64,000 nt of DNA from Phoronis australis (lineage: Eukaryota; Animalia; Phoronida), in the NCBI GenBank assembly GCA_002633005.1, contig NMRA01000077.1:372001-436000 (forward strand), read 5' to 3'. The translations under genes were made by a program, and so were the position numbers. The notes under the pieces were generated by a model, which was not told where the DNA came from, ran no database searches, and saw nothing but the letters and a program-made list of their open reading frames with translations. Positions 51,501 through 57,500 of the stretch are shown here, one piece after another; position 1 is the first letter of the stretch, and every line of letters starts with the position of its first letter.

Positions 51501-54500
51501 TTTAGTTGAATGCACCGTCACAAAGTGGTCCGAGTTCAGCAACTGCAGTGCCCCCTGTGGCTTGGGAATTCAGACTGCAACAAGATCGGTGGTCACTCCC
51601 AAGAAGAACAACGGCAAAGAGTGTCCAGAAGCAATGGTGAAGAGTCAACCATGTGATGCTGGCCCTTGTGGTGAGCTGTTAGGAAGTCTTCCTTGAATGA
51701 ATATATATTTTAGATGTATTGTGCTCTCTCGAACCAAAGCAGCTTTAAACCTGCACTTCATTGTAGAAACTTAGAGCACTTTACATTGTAAAACATTTCT
51801 CAACTTGTTCGTTACTCAGCTGAGAAGTGGTTTCTGGATTTGGAAAAAGTTGACAGTTGGTAAGTGATTGAGACCATTTTTGGTGATGTGATAAACAACT
51901 GTCATTTTGTTCCAAGCCTTGAATTCACCTGTAATTTGATTGAGAAATAATTTCAACGTGACCAATTTCTTAACGATAATTGTTCTTAATCAAAAATGAG
52001 TCGCAGAAGGCAGATTTATAGATGCTTTAAAATATGAAAAAAGAAAATAGTCACTTGCTCAGAGACTCAAATTGAAGTACACAATATAACCATAGCACCC
52101 TATGCTGAGTCTGATATTTACCCACAATACATCAGTAAGGAACTTGTCTCATAGTTTTACACTGCTGCCATGCTTATCACGATTTCATTGATATTTGTTA
52201 CTCTGATACCAGTTAAGTGATTTAAATTTTACATAGTGAGTTATAACGTTTACACCAGAACATTTATAAGATGGGAGATCAGGCACCATATATCATTGTT
52301 TCTGATTCATCTCAGCTCAGGTACATCTAGAGTGTGTCTTAATCTTTCAAAAAGTAAGTCAATCATACAATATGCTGCTTTACTTGCATGAAAGAATATG
52401 TAGTGACTATTACATGTATTTCACTAATATGTCGCTTTACACTGCGTTTACACATCGCATTTATATCAAAACAACTTGACCATACCTCAGAAGTGTCAGC
52501 CGGGTACACTCTCTTGCATAAGCGCATTCGAGCTAGGCTCATTTTCTCTTGAGATGGAGCAAGATGACAGCGTCACATATCTTTGACTGGGTGATAAGTT
52601 AACTCAGGGAGTTTTATATAAGTTGAAAAAAAATTAGATCTATTGTAAGTTACGTGTTCTTGACATTGTTGATGAGGTCTGATGCTTTTTCAAATTCCAG
52701 GAAAAGCTAGTTTAACTAACATTACGATTTTCTTCACAGAGTGTAGTGAGAATGAAGAATTCAAGTATCCACGTGACAAGCCAACAGAGGGTGAGTGTGG
52801 CACTCTTCAGCGAAAGCCAGTCAACACACGGGTTGGTGTGTGCGTGTGCAAGTCTGGATACTTCAGGGATAACAAGAACAAGTGTGTGACAATGGAGGAG
52901 TGTTTACAATGTGTGGTGCACACCAAAGATGGTACAAAGTTAGTTAAACAGGTAAACTCACCTGGCATCATTGACATCATTCTCTCTTTGACATTAGACT
53001 CTTGTTGTTTAACAGTCATGTGACCTCAATAGCTGTGTGATTAACAGGAGTGTGGCAATGTCAGTGCATGTCTTTTGTGATTTAACTGGTCTATGCATAT
53101 TTGTCTAATTTACTAGCCTACCAACTGCAACTTTCAGTTGGGTAGACTCTAATTCCTGAGCACTGAGTTGTGTTAAACAGCAGCACCACCACCTTCTGGC
53201 TTTAAAAGATGTTATGATAACATCAATTTTGAGAAAATTATAAAACTTCAATAGTCTTTAACTTGAGAAATTGGACTAGTTTTGTCGTCCACTGTAAACT
53301 CTTTCAAGCTTATTCCACGGTTGCTGGCGATCCCACATTTTTATGCGCCCACATATTTATATGTGGACGCATTATGCCGTCATCTCCGTCCGTCCGTACG
53401 GGCGGCGTCCGTCCGGCGTCTGGCGTCCGGCGTCATGTGCGAACATTCGGACGGATCGGACTACCGGTGTGCCCCCTAGTGGCAATTTTAGTTTTTTATG
53501 CTTACCTTTGTATCTTCAAAAGTCCTTAACGGATTTTCATGAAATTTGGTATGTAGGCACCTATTAGTGAGATGACGCTATCCTCCCGTTTTCAGATGAA
53601 TTCGACATAGTTTGCGCCACCTAGTGGCCATTTTTAGTGTTTTCGAGTCTATTTTTGTGCGTCCACCCCTCTATCAACCAAACCGCTCAAAGGATGATTG
53701 TGAAAATTGGCATGTATATGCTTACTATGTAGAAGACGGTTGACGATGATTTTCTATTTCGACTACTGTGGCGCCTCCTAGTGGCAGTTTTTTTTTTCCG
53801 CCTATCGCTGTATCTCCTAAACCGTTCGCAGGATCTTTACGAAATTGTGTAAGTATATTTATATGATGTTAGCAACAGAACATGACGACTTTTGGACGGA
53901 TCCGACTACCGGTGTGCCCCCTAGTGGCAATTTTAGTTTTTTACGCTTACCTTTGTATCTTCAAAAGTCCTGAACGGATTTTCATGAAATTTGGTATGTA
54001 AGCACCTATCAGTGAGATGACGCTATCCTTCCGTTTTCAGATGGATTCGACATAGTTTGCGCCACGTAGTGGCCATTTTTACTGTTTTCGAGTTTGTATT
54101 TTTGCGTCCACCCCTCTATCAACCAAACCGCTCAAAGGATGGTTGTGAAAATTGGCATGTATGTGCTTACTATAAAGAAGACAGCTGACAATGATTTTCA
54201 TACGATTTGGATTACTGTGGCGCCTCCTAGTGGCAGTTTTGTTTTTTTTGCGCCTATGGTTGTATCTCCTAAACCGTTCGCAGGATCTTTACGAAATTTA
54301 ATAAGTGTAATTGTATGATGTTAACAACAGATGATGACGACTTTTGGACGGATCCGCCTACCAGTGTGCCCCCTAGTGGCAATTTTATTTTTCATGTTTA
54401 CCTCTGTATCTTCACAAGTCCTAAACGGATTTTCATGAAATTTGGTATGTAGGCACCTATTAGTGCGATGACGCTATTCTCCCGTTTTCGGATGTATTCG

Positions 54501-57500
54501 ACCTAGTTTGTGACACCCAGTGGCCATTTTTACTGTTTTTGAGTCTGTTTTTTGGCGTCTACCCCTCTATCAACCAAACCGCTCTAAGTATGATTGTGAA
54601 AATTGGCATGTATGTTCTTACTATGAAGAGGACGGTTGACGCTGAATTTCCCATTACCCTGATTACTGTGGAGCCTCCTAGTGGCAGTTTTTTTTTGCGC
54701 CCATGGCTGTATCTCCCAAACCGTTTGCAGGATCTTTACTAAATTTAGCAAGTGTATTTATGTTATGTTGACAACGGACAATGACGACTTTAGGATGATT
54801 CTGACTACCGGTATGCCTCTAGTGGCAATTTAAGTATTTCACATTGACCTCTGTATTTTCATAGGTCTTCAGGTGTATACTTTGTGTTACTTCGTGACTA
54901 TGAAGGAAAAGTTCCAAGTAGAAATTTGTTTCTGGCATTCTAATGCTGTGCTAATCTCATATGTTGGTAAATTTGTTTTTGATTCTATGTTTCTATGGTG
55001 CTTTAAGCAACTGATGCATAGGATGTGCTTGTATTATGAAGATCACTCACATTTTGAAACCTAGCCTATTGAGGAGACAATGACCATGCCTTTCCATTTT
55101 GCAAAGTACAACATACTACATATATGCCCTCTACTGGCCACTTTATGGTACCAATAAACAACCCTAGTAGGATACCGTATACGGTGCAATTGTGGGCGCA
55201 TTTCAACGCTCTGCGTTGCTCTTGTTCTGTTTGAGGACAGATTTTCAGTTATTTCAATATATAATCTCCTTCACTATTGGTTCAATTCATTTTTTCTTCA
55301 TAACAATGATGGTGGACCTAAAACAGGTGAAAATTCAAGTAAACTCCAATCAAATGTGTGAACTGAAGCGCAAGTTTCAATTGGTATTCCATTCTTAGCT
55401 AACACATCAGAGAGCCAGCTGCCAACACGTTACGCACCTGTGCTGTGGAATGAGTATCCCGACTGACTGATCAGCCAGTCAGGATCAGTCTGACATTGGC
55501 AAACCAATGTTTACTCAGTCCAGCTCTCTTATTGTCTGCTTTCATCTGATATGCTCATGTGATCCAGCAATTATGTTGTAAACAGGGTGCCTGATGCTAA
55601 CCGATATTTAAAAATACTATTTGCAAATGACTTTCAACAAATGTCGTGAAGCAGATGTGTTTTGTATGAGATACTTTCACCAAAAAACTTCAAATGGAGA
55701 AAATCGGTTGACTCAGAGAAATTACTTCTAACTTTCACATGTTGATTCCTTTGTATGACTGTAAGCTGAGCTCTGACCAGCTTAACCACAGTATTATGTA
55801 CCAGCACAGAAGGCGTGCTTGACAAGTTTAATTCAGCCTGATTCTAGATTAGATCGTGATAGTGGAAATTTCTTGATTTTTACAATCCAGGAGAGTAGTA
55901 CGTAATGACAGTCAACAGACACATATACTTTCATGATATTAGGAAGTGTCATAAAGGATTACATGGGTGACCAAGCAACCCAAGCAACTGAACTGAATTG
56001 TGTTCTCATTAGTAAACTACAACCCTTGGGCAATCATTACCCAACAGTGAACGTACCTTTCTTTTTTTCCAAATTTTACTTAAGTGACCTGGTCATTTGA
56101 CTAAATACCTGATAGTTATGAAATTGGGAATCAAATGTGCAGGCTTTCTACTTTTCTAGACTTAATTGTTGTAGTACTTTCTAGATATTTTCCTTCATAG
56201 TTGGTAAATACACTGATTTGTTGATTTGGTCAAAGACTGACTAGGCTGTCCCTGACCACCAGAATCGTATTTTATTTTTTCAATTGTATGTAGTTTGGTA
56301 TAAGCATCATTCAGTACTTCATCCATTAGTGTACAAGAACTGTTGCAATCAACAATGACTCTTTTATGTGACCATGACTTTGCCAAAAAGTTGCCTTGTT
56401 TGGATGGATTAAGTGCTGGCCATTCATAATACATGTGTCTGTGTGAAGTGAAACAGCTATCGACCAACAGCTTCCCGGAAATCGTTTTTCAGCTGAATAA
56501 AACGTATTGTCCCTTATCTAATTATATAATATGTGTTTGTGACATTTACAGCAAGGAGAGATCTGGCCATACCATGCTGAAGATCCCTGCACCATGTGTA
56601 GATGTGGCAATGGCAAAGTGAGCTGTGTAAGCAGAACGTGTGACCCATGTCCTGAGGTATGATACATCGTTATATGCTGAATAGTAACATCCTGAAATAT
56701 TAGAACGCTCTCTCTGATACTGTGGTATTAGTCCCACAAAAAGCCATGTACTTGGAGGGCACTGGTCTCATGGCTGTGCAGTGTTGTTGTTTCATGTACT
56801 GACTCAGAGGTAATAACCCACAATGTTGTGCACTAGTAAGACACTGAAAGTCTTGCAGTTGTTCACTGTTGTTGTTTCATGTGTATATCCAGCTACTTTA
56901 TTGTTTTGAAAGATAAATGACTTGTAGTAAAAAGGTCCTTAGGGTCCGAGTTAACCTAGTCACAGTATGATAGTCGCATAATAAATGGACCTAAATTTTT
57001 AGTCACATTTTCATCATTTTAAATGAAAGCAACACAAGAGCAAGAATTTCTTGTCAAATTTGAGCTTTGACTAATTATTTTGTCACATTTTAGTCGTATA
57101 ATAGTTTCAGTCATATCTAACTTAGGTTAAGGGAGACCAGTTTCCTGAAAATTAATATGTTTTATTAATTTTGTGAATTTTCGGTTTTATGACCCAATCA
57201 TTGGTGATGCAAGCTCTGTTGTTGTGTTTCAGGGTACTCACTCGAACTACATGAAAGCACCTTCTAACTGCCATTGCCCTGTGTGTGAGCGTGTTCCACC
57301 TGTTGGTAAGTGTCCTGCTCTGTTCTCAAGGAGCCTATACACAGCAGTTAAATGGCGATATATGGTTGTTTTCAGAAAAGAAATTTGTCCTCTTTCATCA
57401 AAATTACGGTGAAAATATTGAAAGAGACTAGGAAATCATTTGAAAATTGCTCAACTTTTTGACTCCTAAAGCATTAGACAACTATGAATGCTTCTTACCA

